NCBI GenBank assembly: GCA_043826435.1
Contig: JBDRQF010000036.1
Coordinates: forward strand, 1-53,178
Length of the DNA stretch: 53,178 bases
Source of the DNA: Elusimicrobiota bacterium
GTDB lineage: Bacteria > Elusimicrobiota > Endomicrobiia > CG1-02-37-114 > JAHJSO01
Direction: 5' to 3'
Shown here: positions 38,001 through 46,533 of the stretch, in pieces
Position numbering within the stretch: position 1 is the stretch's first letter
Layout of the letters: each line of letters starts with the position of its first letter
Position numbers and translations under genes: made by a program
The notes under the pieces: model-generated
Databases searched by the model: none
What the model saw: the letters and a program-made list of their open reading frames with translations, nothing else
What the model was told of the DNA's origin: nothing

Positions 38001-40158
38001 CATTCAGCCGTCCCATTTCAACTACAAGATATGCATTCTGTAAGTTGGGGGACGTAAGTTTTAATTGCATTTCAAGATATATCTTTCTTGAAAAATCCAG
38101 CCCCACGGGAGATAAACTCTGCACGATTGCGGCCGCCGTGCCCGACTTTAAATTGTAGTTTATGTTCAATACCTTCTGTTGCTCGTCCCTTAGCAGTTTT
38201 ATCCCGTAAATCTCCTTTATGCTGACGTCCGTATTATTCCATGATATCCAGTTTGCATTATACGGGTAAGGGTGTTTCTCGGAAGTGGCGCTGAACTTCC
38301 ACGACTCCCTGTACAGGGAAGGCCCGTCTTCCTGTTTGATGTTTTCCATTGATTCAACCATCGCCCTGCCGAAGACGTTCATGTTCCTTGCGGAAAACGC
38401 ATATTCGCCCCCGAAACCCACGCCGAAAGGCCCGAAACTAAGGCCTGAAACCCTTGAGTCAACCTCTCCGACCATAAGGTCCTGCGGGGCTGATTTAAAA
38501 TCAGGTATGGTCTGGGGCCTTGCCGGAAAATTCTGCATAAAACTTGCGCCTATAAATAAATTTTGCGTGAGAGATAGTTCCTGCCTGGTGCCAAGAAATG
38601 TTTCGCCTATCTGCGTGCCGAGCCCGAAGAGGGTGTATTCATAACTTGCATCAATAACGGTCGTATCGGTTATTCTGCTTTCATCCAGTATCGTCAGTAT
38701 CCCTATGTCATAGTCAATAAAATAGTCAACGTCCCTCGTCAGCATCCTGTTGTCCATCAGAATCACTTCCGACTGCGGCAAAATCCCCGGCCTTAATGAC
38801 AGCGTTTTTGACCTCCACCTGTATTCAATGAAAAACCTGTAAGACGACTGCTTTGAAGATGCATAGGCGGAATCCTTGAACGGGTGCCATATCTTCTGGG
38901 TGTCATCCAGTATGTAAAATAGTCCCGCCTCAAAATCCATAACGAGATGCTTCGGATAAACGGGCACGGGCTTGCCGTCTATTGAGGAGACATCGTTGCC
39001 CGCAGGGTCAACCACTTTCAGAAAGAAGTTCCCCCTCCCGTTGTCCCTTAATATTTGCGTCTTGCCTATGTTATAAAAGTTCTTTAATTCCCTTGACGGC
39101 CCGGTTTCAACATTACGGGTATTTAATTCGTCCTTTATCAAAATGTAGTTCGTCGTCCCGAGCGAGGTATTCAGAAACTTCCCGTCCTTTTTCTGGTAGT
39201 TGACGATAATCACATGGTTTGTCTGGACGGTGTTTTTCAGGATTATTATCCCTTTCGGGTAATCAACCGTATAATCCTGGCCCGGCAAGAGACGGTCAAA
39301 ATAGCCAGTGGAAAAGGTCTGGAGTGCCGCGGTATAACTTGAATACGAAACGGGGATTGCATTCTGGTCATTTGTGGAATTCCTGTCATCCCTGTAAATA
39401 ATTTCCGTGCCTTCCTTTACGGCGTCGGTCCCGAATGAGAGTTTGTAATATCTTTTCTCAACGTATGAGGTATCATAAATCGTCGGCCTTTCAAGTTTTG
39501 TATAACCCGTAAACCTTTTTGTTTCAGGGGTCCCCTTTGACTGGCTGGCGATGTATGTGGCATTCCATCCCTTGCGTTTTGTCACAAGTTTAATCCCGAA
39601 TGCCTGTTTACTGTAACCGACGAATTCCGTGCCGGGGAGCGACATGTTTATGTCCCCGAAGGACAGGTCCTGGATAAATTCATCAGGGTCACCCCTATAC
39701 ACCACGGATATGTCCCTTTTATCCGCAACCGTATCGTCAAAATCAACGTTTACAGATATCTTTTTTGCCACCTGTCCCTTGATTTTAACCTGCAGTTCCT
39801 GCTTCATATCCATTGAGGTCTGTTCCTGTGTCCTGTTTTCTAACGGGAGGTCATATTTGGTATATTTCAGATTTATCCCGATAAGTTTTCTGCCGGTAAT
39901 CGCCAGCCGGCTTTCATAGGGCAGTTCAACTACTGCGCCCGGTGCAGGCGGCGGCAGTTCTATCGCCTGGACAGACATTGTTGATACTTCCATCTTTTCT
40001 CCCGGCACCCTGCCATCCTCAATCGCCTTTCTCATGTCGTTCCACCGCTTCTGGGAAAAGCCGAAAGGTTCGTATCCGATTTCAGCATGTCCCAAATGCG
40101 AAATACACAGCAGGACGCAGGGTAAAAGGATTATAAATTTTATCCGGTCAATATTCAT
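35005..40158 (-). CDS. SprA-like large outer-membrane barrel (T9SS translocon homologue), ~1717 aa; start moved to ATG 40158
   Basis: QELQVKIKGQV..KISVNVDFDD...VYRGDPDEFIQ...GDINMSLPG.EF......FGIK and DYFIDYD.G, GNGLLDSEDLDGNG blocks resembling SprA; amphipathic strands and terminal Phe. Confidence 0.78.
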   Translation of the reverse strand: MNIDRIKFIILLPCVLLCISHLGHAEIGYEPFGFSQKRWNDMRKAIEDGRVPGEKMEVSTMSVQAIELPPPAPGAVVELPYESRLAITGRKLIGINLKYTKYDLPLENRTQEQTSMDMKQELQVKIKGQVAKKISVNVDFDDTVADKRDISVVYRGDPDEFIQDLSFGDINMSLPGTEFVGYSKQAFGIKLVTKRKGWNATYIASQSKGTPETKRFTGYTKLERPTIYDTSYVEKRYYKLSFGTDAVKEGTEIIYRDDRNSTNDQNAIPVSYSSYTAALQTFSTGYFDRLLPGQDYTVDYPKGIIILKNTVQTNHVIIVNYQKKDGKFLNTSLGTTNYILIKDELNTRNVETGPSRELKNFYNIGKTQILRDNGRGNFFLKVVDPAGNDVSSIDGKPVPVYPKHLVMDFEAGLFYILDDTQKIWHPFKDSAYASSKQSSYRFFIEYRWRSKTLSLRPGILPQSEVILMDNRMLTRDVDYFIDYDIGILTILDESRITDTTVIDASYEYTLFGLGTQIGETFLGTRQELSLTQNLFIGASFMQNFPARPQTIPDFKSAPQDLMVGEVDSRVSGLSFGPFGVGFGGEYAFSARNMNVFGRAMVESMENIKQEDGPSLYRESWKFSATSEKHPYPYNANWISWNNTDVSIKEIYGIKLLRDEQQKVLNINYNLKSGTAAAIVQSLSPVGLDFSRKIYLEMQLKLTSPNLQNAYLVVEMGRLNEDADRDGVFDTEDTIRNGVLNEGEDVGWKFTNPDGTDRLVDGGNGLLDSEDLDGNGFFETFDNVVEGENGRFTISLSTEAVSDKWVYIKKDIKITDPSQWTYVKQVRITVYAPGQEGSIAIAKLNFSGNKWENLTPGALKIYSVSNFDDTEYSKNSLIDKERETYEKVYGPLLIEDDTTRREQSLKLEYDFEAFTSSPVAVARLSYLKGMDFSTHKYLKFFVYGSGNNETLRLRFLTDDNNYLEYGVKVDWNGRWKLLSIHQSDETGDSVPDRWIVGDRDIKANITSKGTPSFLNITQIQLIVSTATELGTANSPKSYLWVNEIHLTDSFQRKGEAARFYTSLSLPGWFDTGASYKKIGAAFETFNQPITNRELKEESAYFNFKRLSFMPISVSGGRSETTTPSLERSGELVAAIEQDSVIKHNLFASTNISLWKLPRIGGSYSVTISSISNRPQKIFRTDEQSTVSTNLDWGIPRILKFDLIDSLYPTSINASASRTTTLICPWDVVLSTTNPVRDEKSDTIAARAPFNIWKRITLNPSYSQTMTYEEKRIEPLISYEKSRNQLVGMGSSIRVFRWFMPSANYSVNTTETYNFGELDPAKISKLKTVTRSSSGDLSVSFGIGEIVRFRPVRTLNLSQSFSIQDYDKYDNLPSTFSALGPSAGIKDTNELISDTIDKLNVRKMFDPEKLVQLTKRDNWRMAGRWNVLEGFPFPSRFEPLKRMNVSGTNTETSEYSYITGTQIRKYIRVWPDLILSFYDTEKILGVQRVISDSRVSIKTFSKVDNSYGFVSDDWAQQGKGEELRNNLDTSFNIYKKYSMSVSYWESMGRSKIYLPVEKTTSLSRSYEYSLQFGFEFRRIKITPGYSFRDDKAWAGDPDIDKTVREKPTQDLRTHTANLQLYANTSLPGGLRIPLVGKTLPLVNNFIFNGNYTYIDKDTDLGDVSKNKTTQHNVGLSVDYEASSNIRVTVGSGWTRFINKKVDKENYSSYNISGQLTLVF

Positions 40159-40163
40159 TAAAC

Positions 40164-40194
40164 GAGATTGCTTTGCCTTCGGCTCGCAATGACA
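40164..40194 (-). repeat. CGTC/TGTC-type REP-like palindrome
   Basis: TGTCATTGCGAGCCGAAGGCAAAGCAATCTC on the minus strand. Confidence 0.8.
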
Positions 40195-40236
40195 CAATGG
40201 GTGAACTGTGTGCCTTTGTATCATATCCCTACTTGT

Positions 40237-40273
40237 ATATTATAGCGAATTTATTAAAATTTTGCTATAATAT
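40237..40273. promoter_or_regulatory. Back-to-back -10 elements (bidirectional promoter) between sprA-like gene and lptF
   Basis: ATATTATAGC...GCTATAATAT inverted repeat giving TATAAT on both strands (TG extended -10 on plus). Confidence 0.6.
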
Positions 40274-40334
40274 CAGTGAAAAATTTTAAACGGGTTTGAG
40301 ACAGAGAAGGTGACTGCTGCCGGTCTGACCTGTG

Positions 40335-40424
40335 CAAAGTAAGCAACCGCAGGGGTGCTTTATTAATTTCTGTTAGTAACTTAAAAAGTGTGTGAATGAC
40401 CTAACGTGTTAATGAACGCTCGGG
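40335..40424 (+). repeat. Family-1 ~90-nt element (copy 5), upstream of lptF
   Basis: CAAAGTAAGCAACC...TTTATTAATT..TGTTAGTAACTTAAAAAGTGTGTGAATGACCTAAC..GTTAA...ACGCTCGGG; ends 8 nt before ATG 40433. Confidence 0.85.
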
Positions 40425-40432
40425 CAAATTAT

Positions 40433-41524
40433 ATGAAGACGATCACAAAATACATATTCCGTCAGTTTATATCCTCGTTTATAACGGGTCTGGTTGTAAT
40501 TATCTTTCTGCTTATCCTGAACAACCTGTTCCAGTTAATTGACCTGCTTGTCCACAGAGGAGCGGGGTTTTTCAGGGTCGCCCAGTTAGCCTTTTATCTT
40601 GTCGTTACGCTTATTTCAATAACCATCCCGGTCGCGCTCCTGTTTGCCTCTATTTTGACGTACGGCCGGCTCACGGAAGACAATGAAATTATCGCACTTT
40701 GGTCGGGCGGGCTGCACACGTATAAGTTCATCTGGCAGCCGATATTTTTAGGCTCGGTTATGACGTTGCTTTTAATCTGGCTGAATTTTTCGGCAGTCCC
40801 GCGTATCCAGGGAAAATTTAACTCATTGTTTTTTGAGATGGCGAAATCCCATCCGGGCACTGGTTTTGAGGAAAAAACATTCAGAAAGATAGGCGATTAC
40901 CGGATATATATAAATAAGATAGACAAGAAAACCGAAATACTCAGCGGGATAACGATATATAAACTTGACGGCGAAAAGTCCCCTGATATAACCCGCATAT
41001 TCGCCAGGCAGGGGAATATTGTCTTTAACGAACAAAAGGACTTTATTTTTTCTTTACAGGACGGCACGTTGCAAACCGGCCGGAAAAACGATCTCACCGG
41101 GTTTACGCATTTTAAGTTTGAAAAATACAATCTAGTAATACCCGTCAACGAAAATGTCCCGGCTGCCACGCATAGTTTAAGGGAATTTACCGGAAAAGAA
41201 CTCCGGGATGAGATAAGAAAATACAGGGAGGAATCAATATCCACCCGGAACCTTGACACGGAATATTTTCTCAGGTGGGCGGTATCCGTAGCCGGAATTT
41301 CGTTTGTCCTGATAGGATTGCCGCTGGGGATTGTGCTGCACAGGGGAGGAATGTCGGCCGGCTTCGGGGTATCCGTTATAGTAATAACGATGTACTATTT
41401 TTGCCTGATGGGGTGTATAACGGTCGCCTCAAAAGAGATAATACCCGCCAGGTATATATTATGGCTCCCGAATCTCATTATGATTACCGGCGGTATTTTT
41501 TTAATCAGAAAAACAATACGTTAA
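40433..41524 (+). CDS. lptF: LptF/LptG family LPS export permease (LptF-like); start moved to ATG 40433
   Basis: MKTITKYIFRQF, three TM helices, GRLTEDNEIIALWSGG, periplasmic jelly-roll, LIGLPLG, WLPN. Confidence 0.85.
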   Translation: MKTITKYIFRQFISSFITGLVVIIFLLILNNLFQLIDLLVHRGAGFFRVAQLAFYLVVTLISITIPVALLFASILTYGRLTEDNEIIALWSGGLHTYKFIWQPIFLGSVMTLLLIWLNFSAVPRIQGKFNSLFFEMAKSHPGTGFEEKTFRKIGDYRIYINKIDKKTEILSGITIYKLDGEKSPDITRIFARQGNIVFNEQKDFIFSLQDGTLQTGRKNDLTGFTHFKFEKYNLVIPVNENVPAATHSLREFTGKELRDEIRKYREESISTRNLDTEYFLRWAVSVAGISFVLIGLPLGIVLHRGGMSAGFGVSVIVITMYYFCLMGCITVASKEIIPARYILWLPNLIMITGGIFLIRKTIR

Positions 41525-41533
41525 CCCGGGAAC

Positions 41534-42634
41534 ATGAAAATACTCAACAAATACATTCTGGCTGAATTCCTGAAATCGGTCGCGTTCTGCCTGCTGCTTT
41601 TCTGCGTTCTATTCATGATATCGGAATTCCTGTTCCGGTTGCACGAGTTTATTGCATATAAGGCGAATGTTGAATTCATAGCCCTGTATCTCAGGGTGCA
41701 CGTCCCCATGTGGATAAGGGATACGATGCCCGTCGCAGTCCTGATGGCAACGGTTTTTACGCTCAATAAATTCGTCCGGAGCGGAGAAATTACTGCAGTG
41801 AAGTCCTGCGGGATAGACGTATTCGTCCTGCTTTTGCCCGTCTTCCTTGCCGCTTTCCTGTTCTCAATATTTGTATTTATCCTGAATACAAAGGCGGTCC
41901 CGTGGTCATTCAGATCCTCCCGTTATTTAAGAGAGACGGTCCTTTACGGCAGACAGCCGTTGTCCGGAATCCGGAACAAAAACCTGGAATACACCGACCG
42001 TCAGGGCAGGCAGTTTCTGATAAGGGAATTTGACCTGTCCGTCAATGCGGCGTTTGACGTTACCATTGATTACCTTAACGAGAAACACATCCCTGAAATG
42101 CAGGTCCGGGCGGAAAAAATGCTTTTTGAAAAAGGTGCATGGGTCCTGCGGAATGCAGTTATAACGAAATTCATGGAAGGCAGGAAAATCCTGTCCCAAA
42201 AAAAAGAGAAAAGCATGCCCTGTGATTTTGATTTCACCCCGGAAGACATACTCCCCGTAGGGAACGCACCGGACGAGATGTCCATGGATGAGATGTCCGG
42301 CACTGAATTAAATATCCGGATTAAAAAATCCGCCCGCCGCGGCATAAAAGCCGTCCGGGAACTGGTGGCTTACCACATAAGGTTTTCGTATGCGTTTTCA
42401 AACCTTGTCGTTATGTTTATAGGGATACCTTTTGCCCTCGGGCTTTCAGGTCGTTATGCAAAGGTCAGGGGGGTTGCGTGGGTTATCGTCGTTTCCTTTA
42501 CCTACTGGATTCTTATATCGCTCGGCAGGGTCCTTGGGGAAGCAAGAATACTTGAGCCCTTTATCGCTGCATGGCTCGCCAATATAATATTTCTCTCCGG
42601 CGGATTTTATTTATTTTCAAAAACACTGAGATGA
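41534..42634 (+). CDS. lptG: LptF/LptG family LPS export permease (LptG-like)
   Basis: MKILNKYILAEF, GEITAVKSCG, IGIPF, AAWLAN. Confidence 0.85.
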   Translation: MKILNKYILAEFLKSVAFCLLLFCVLFMISEFLFRLHEFIAYKANVEFIALYLRVHVPMWIRDTMPVAVLMATVFTLNKFVRSGEITAVKSCGIDVFVLLLPVFLAAFLFSIFVFILNTKAVPWSFRSSRYLRETVLYGRQPLSGIRNKNLEYTDRQGRQFLIREFDLSVNAAFDVTIDYLNEKHIPEMQVRAEKMLFEKGAWVLRNAVITKFMEGRKILSQKKEKSMPCDFDFTPEDILPVGNAPDEMSMDEMSGTELNIRIKKSARRGIKAVRELVAYHIRFSYAFSNLVVMFIGIPFALGLSGRYAKVRGVAWVIVVSFTYWILISLGRVLGEARILEPFIAAWLANIIFLSGGFYLFSKTLR

Positions 42635-42653
42635 AAAACGGGAGATAGGTCCG

Positions 42654-43859
42654 TTAATATTTAAGCGAGTACCTGAGGCCCACAAAATGTCCCGTGTAGT
42701 TGTACGGCAGGTATTTCTCAAATTTCACGTTAGAGGACTGCTGCTGGTAAATGTAGAACAGCGACGTGGTTGAGACGTCGCTTGATTTTTTATTGAATAC
42801 AAAACTGAAAAGGTACAAAAGATTTTTCTGGGTTTCGCCCTCAACAAAGTTATTGTTCTCGTCTCTCGGTTTTCTGGATGAATAAAGACGCTGTACGATT
42901 TCCGGCTCAAACACAAACTCCCACTTTTTTGAAAGCCCGAAGAACAAGGGCAGGTTGACCGAAATATCTATGTAATCGTAATAGCCGGAATGGAAAGTAG
43001 GGGTTGAACCCATTGTAGCAAAATGAAGGTAATTCTGGTTTGACGCCCTCGTCTTTATCCCCAAGGACGGGCTGAAGGACAGCCGGTTTGATATTTTCTG
43101 ATACCTGCTTCCCGACAAAGAAAATATCGTGTCCTTTTGAAGGTCCTGCGTGTAATAAGAGCCGTCCGGCTGGACAACACCTGTAACCACCCTCTGACTG
43201 GCGTACACCTGGGATATAACCCCGGCATCCACTTTGTTTAGCCCGTAAACCAGTCCGCTGCGCAACTGAAGGATGTTGTGGTTCTGCTTTCCCGTTTCGG
43301 TCTCTGCTTCGGTAGCCCCCTGCTGGAATTCTTTCATCAGGTCGGTGTAATTCGGGAATACAAGCGAATAATAGTGGATTGAACCGTCTATTTTAAATTT
43401 ATCAAACGCCCTTTCAGCGCCGACCATTCCGCCAAAACGGGTATAATCATAAAGCCCCGAACCCCATGGCTCATTGGCGCCTGTCCTCCTGTTTTCTTTA
43501 ATATAATCAAGTTGCCATTTAAGTTTCAGTTGTTCCATAAAGTCCCAGTTATGCCTCATAACAAACACATAGTCCAGGTACCTGTCTGTAAACCTTTCGC
43601 CCTCCTGCTTCACCAGTCCGGGCCCCCGGTATTTTAATTCAAAAAAACCTACCACAGAGTGTTTAGGAGCGGGCTGGACAATCAGTCCTATGTCATTCAG
43701 CAGGTCCACGGAAAAAGCCCAGTCGCCCTTGGACGGCACAAAAACACCCTCGGTAAGTTGAAAATTATAGTAGGGGGCAACGTTTGCCGAAAAGGCCGGT
43801 GCAAGACCTATAAACGTCGTCATCAACAAAATTAAAATTTTAGGAAATAATTTTTTCAT
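42654..43859 (-). CDS. Uncharacterised outer-membrane beta-barrel protein
   Basis: Signal peptide (AFS|A), Tyr/Phe-rich amphipathic strands, C-terminal GLRYSLKY. Confidence 0.7.
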   Translation of the reverse strand: MKKLFPKILILLMTTFIGLAPAFSANVAPYYNFQLTEGVFVPSKGDWAFSVDLLNDIGLIVQPAPKHSVVGFFELKYRGPGLVKQEGERFTDRYLDYVFVMRHNWDFMEQLKLKWQLDYIKENRRTGANEPWGSGLYDYTRFGGMVGAERAFDKFKIDGSIHYYSLVFPNYTDLMKEFQQGATEAETETGKQNHNILQLRSGLVYGLNKVDAGVISQVYASQRVVTGVVQPDGSYYTQDLQKDTIFSLSGSRYQKISNRLSFSPSLGIKTRASNQNYLHFATMGSTPTFHSGYYDYIDISVNLPLFFGLSKKWEFVFEPEIVQRLYSSRKPRDENNNFVEGETQKNLLYLFSFVFNKKSSDVSTTSLFYIYQQQSSNVKFEKYLPYNYTGHFVGLRYSLKY

Positions 43860-43889
43860 TTTACCGTCGTGCCCTCACTTCGTGTTGTA

Positions 43890-44666
43890 TTAAAAATACC
43901 AGTGCCATGCCATGAACGGGTGCAGGACAAAGAGCCCTTCGGGGTATATATTGAAACCCAATTCCAGGTGTTTGTGATACCACGCCACCCGCGAGACAAT
44001 CTTCTGGTATCTAAACCCGTATCCTACGTGTGCCACCACATACTTGTTTTCACCCAGTTTGTTCTCAATACCCGTAAAAAGAAAATAGTCAGCCACCGCC
44101 ACATTCATCTCACTCATCGTTCCTGTGCCGAAATCAATGGGTTGAGCCATCTTTATTGAAAGTATCACGTTTGAATAATTCACCCCTGCATAGAGTCGCG
44201 TGTTCTCATCAACCGACTTTGTAAAAAGCAATCCCGCCGTGTAATCGGACATCTGCGGTTTAACCGTCCCTGAAGAGGAGGAAGAGTCGGAGGAACTCAT
44301 ACTTGAAGCCATGTCAATTGCCGCCATCCTGCCGTACTGCCCGACAATGTCAACCTGCGGGAACCAGCCCGTATAACTGTTTTCTGAAATTGTTTTCACC
44401 TTCAGGTTCAGATTGAACCATGTCAGCGGGAATGTCGTCGGATAGAAGTTTGTCCTTATCGTCCCGTGCCTTTTTGAAAGGACGGGCGTAAAATCAAGGT
44501 TGTCAGAATGCAGATTGAACAAAAAATCACCGGGGTTGTCAAGGAAGCGCAACCCTAAATTAAGGACCTCTTTCCCAATCGGCGTTGATAAAAAATCATC
44601 CTGGCAAATAGCCGGCGTTATTAAAAAAATGCACAAAAAAATCCCGCATATCGCTGTTTTTCTCAT
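43890..44666 (-). CDS. Uncharacterised small outer-membrane beta-barrel protein (start moved to ATG 44666)
   Basis: MRKTAICG signal peptide after AGGCAGG RBS; amphipathic strands; C-terminal AWHWYF. Confidence 0.65.
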   Translation of the reverse strand: MRKTAICGIFLCIFLITPAICQDDFLSTPIGKEVLNLGLRFLDNPGDFLFNLHSDNLDFTPVLSKRHGTIRTNFYPTTFPLTWFNLNLKVKTISENSYTGWFPQVDIVGQYGRMAAIDMASSMSSSDSSSSSGTVKPQMSDYTAGLLFTKSVDENTRLYAGVNYSNVILSIKMAQPIDFGTGTMSEMNVAVADYFLFTGIENKLGENKYVVAHVGYGFRYQKIVSRVAWYHKHLELGFNIYPEGLFVLHPFMAWHWYF

Positions 44667-44708
44667 CGCTAAACCTGCCTTTTGTCCGGAACTATTCAGT
44701 GAACCACA

Positions 44709-44737
44709 CGTCATTACGAGCGAAGTGAAGCAATATC
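44709..44737 (+). repeat. Degenerate CGTC-type REP-like palindrome
   Basis: cgtcattacgagcgaagtgaagcaatatc. Confidence 0.6.
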
Positions 44738-44748
44738 GTCCGGGACGG

Positions 44749-46434
44749 TCAGTTCGTTTCGGAGGAATTTAATTTATCCAGTTGCGTAATCAGTTTCTGC
44801 GCCGTAGGGATAAAGATATCAAGGGTCCAGACCAGGTCAATGTTCCCCTTACCGAAGAAACTCGTCATTTTGTTGAATTCATTCCTTACGCTTTCTTTTA
44901 ATTCAGGCGTTATATCAGATGAACTTGTATCCTCTGACAGGAGTATTGAAGTGGCATCGCTCACACGACAGAACATGGTGTTCTGGAATGCAATCTGCTT
45001 AAGGACGGCAAAAGGATTGGTTTCCGTACCCACAAAGTTGGCGGGTGTGAGGACACTCCCTGCATTGGTTATCCCGTAAAATTCAGTGCCGAGGTGGACA
45101 TACTTTGCAGTATCGGTGCCGGGCGTATATTTGCCGTCTGCACCTTTCTCCTGGTAGAGCCGGAACTTCGGGCTGACAGCCCACATCCAAAAAGAATCGT
45201 CGCTGCCCGTTACCACCCCATCACCGGTATCATACCAGCCGGAGTCCCCGTCATTGTACTCGGATTTATCCAGCAGCCACTCGCCTTGTGTTGAACTTAC
45301 GTATTTTACAACGGCATCCCACTCGTATTTTTTCTCGCCATCAGTGCCGATAACTTCCTTTGAGTTACTCACCGTTTCGGTCCAATCGCTTCCGTTTGAC
45401 ATTTTAACGGATATCATTTCCGGCCTGAGCGAGTCCTTGTAAACGGAGACATAAGACGGCCAGTCCGCAATATCATTTGGCATGGCCATGTTAAACCTTA
45501 TTCTCGCATCAAACGAATCAATCCTTGAGGTTGCAGGGCCGCTGTACGCGAAATACCCCTTATAAACGTATTCCTGCCTCTTGGTGAGGTTCATAAACTG
45601 CACTGTATTCTGGTCAGGCCTCAGCAAAAACTGTTCAACCCGGACAAGGTTGCCGAAGGCGTCCCTCAGTGTCCTTCCGGTGGAAATGTCCGCCTCTCTT
45701 ATCTCGTCCATGTATTCCCTGTTCAGGATTATATCGGTTTTCATGTTCTGAACTATATTGGCTAATTCCCGCCTGAGGGCGGAGAGTTCTTCCTTTGTTT
45801 CTTTTGCCTTTTGAGGTTCCCCTGATTCCTGTCCTGCTTCTGTAAACTCCTGCCATGACGGGTCGTTTATCATCTGGAGTTCATCCTGGGTAAAATCACG
45901 CGGCGGGCTAAGTTCACCCGTGGACAAACCGGTTGCCGCCTGCCCTTCCGTGATTTCGGACGAAACCTGGGACATAATGTTGCTGAAGTCAATCTTTCCT
46001 GAAAGGACAAGTAACTGGCTTTCGGTTTCAGATGCCGTGAGAATGAATTCCGTCCCGCGCACGGCAGCCGTGCAGGTAGGCGTTTTTGCAGTGAACCTCC
46101 TCTTTCCTGCAAGAGGAGATATTTTTATCCTGACCCTGCCCAATGGGATAGTAACCGCCCTTTGCTTAGAGTCAATGAGAGCAACATGCAGTTCTGTATT
46201 TTCTCTTATCCACACGCTTGAACCGTCTTCAAAAACGAGTTCAGCCCGTGAATCAGGCGACGTTTTTATTTTGTCCTTGGCAGATAGTATTACGCCCTTT
46301 TCCGCGGCCTGCCACTTGTCAAGTCGGTTAAGGAATACGCTTACGTTTCCCCTGAACCTGCTGACTACGGCGTTTGAAAAGACATTGCCTGTCAGGACAA
46401 AGAGACACAAAACACTCAAAAATATTTTTTTCAT
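44749..46434 (-). CDS. Exported FecR-domain protein with coiled coil and unknown C-terminal domain
   Basis: Signal peptide; IKT..DSRAELVFEDGS.V.I.ENT, TPTCTAAVRGTEF (FecR signature). Confidence 0.8.
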   Translation of the reverse strand: MKKIFLSVLCLFVLTGNVFSNAVVSRFRGNVSVFLNRLDKWQAAEKGVILSAKDKIKTSPDSRAELVFEDGSSVWIRENTELHVALIDSKQRAVTIPLGRVRIKISPLAGKRRFTAKTPTCTAAVRGTEFILTASETESQLLVLSGKIDFSNIMSQVSSEITEGQAATGLSTGELSPPRDFTQDELQMINDPSWQEFTEAGQESGEPQKAKETKEELSALRRELANIVQNMKTDIILNREYMDEIREADISTGRTLRDAFGNLVRVEQFLLRPDQNTVQFMNLTKRQEYVYKGYFAYSGPATSRIDSFDARIRFNMAMPNDIADWPSYVSVYKDSLRPEMISVKMSNGSDWTETVSNSKEVIGTDGEKKYEWDAVVKYVSSTQGEWLLDKSEYNDGDSGWYDTGDGVVTGSDDSFWMWAVSPKFRLYQEKGADGKYTPGTDTAKYVHLGTEFYGITNAGSVLTPANFVGTETNPFAVLKQIAFQNTMFCRVSDATSILLSEDTSSSDITPELKESVRNEFNKMTSFFGKGNIDLVWTLDIFIPTAQKLITQLDKLNSSETN

Positions 46435-46461
46435 GATAACTACCCCCTGTTACCTAACACA

Positions 46462-46490
46462 AGTATAACAGATTTCCGGGGATTTGTCAA
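46462..46490 (-). promoter_or_regulatory. Sigma70 promoter of the FecR/beta-barrel operon
   Basis: TTGACA-17 nt-TATACT with TG extended -10. Confidence 0.75.
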
Positions 46491-46533
46491 TAGGGTGTGA
46501 GAAAAATCACAGGGCGCACGAGGGCGTCCCCTC

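Noticed and set aside
40159..40224. N-terminal extensions in the ORF track (sprA-like, dcd, rarA, apgM, rpmI, ahcY, lptF)
   Set aside because: They translate repeats, hairpins or intergenic DNA; downstream ATGs match family N-termini
46510..46533. GC hairpin after ahcY (possible GTAG-type REP or terminator)
   Set aside because: Single imperfect copy; cannot be assigned
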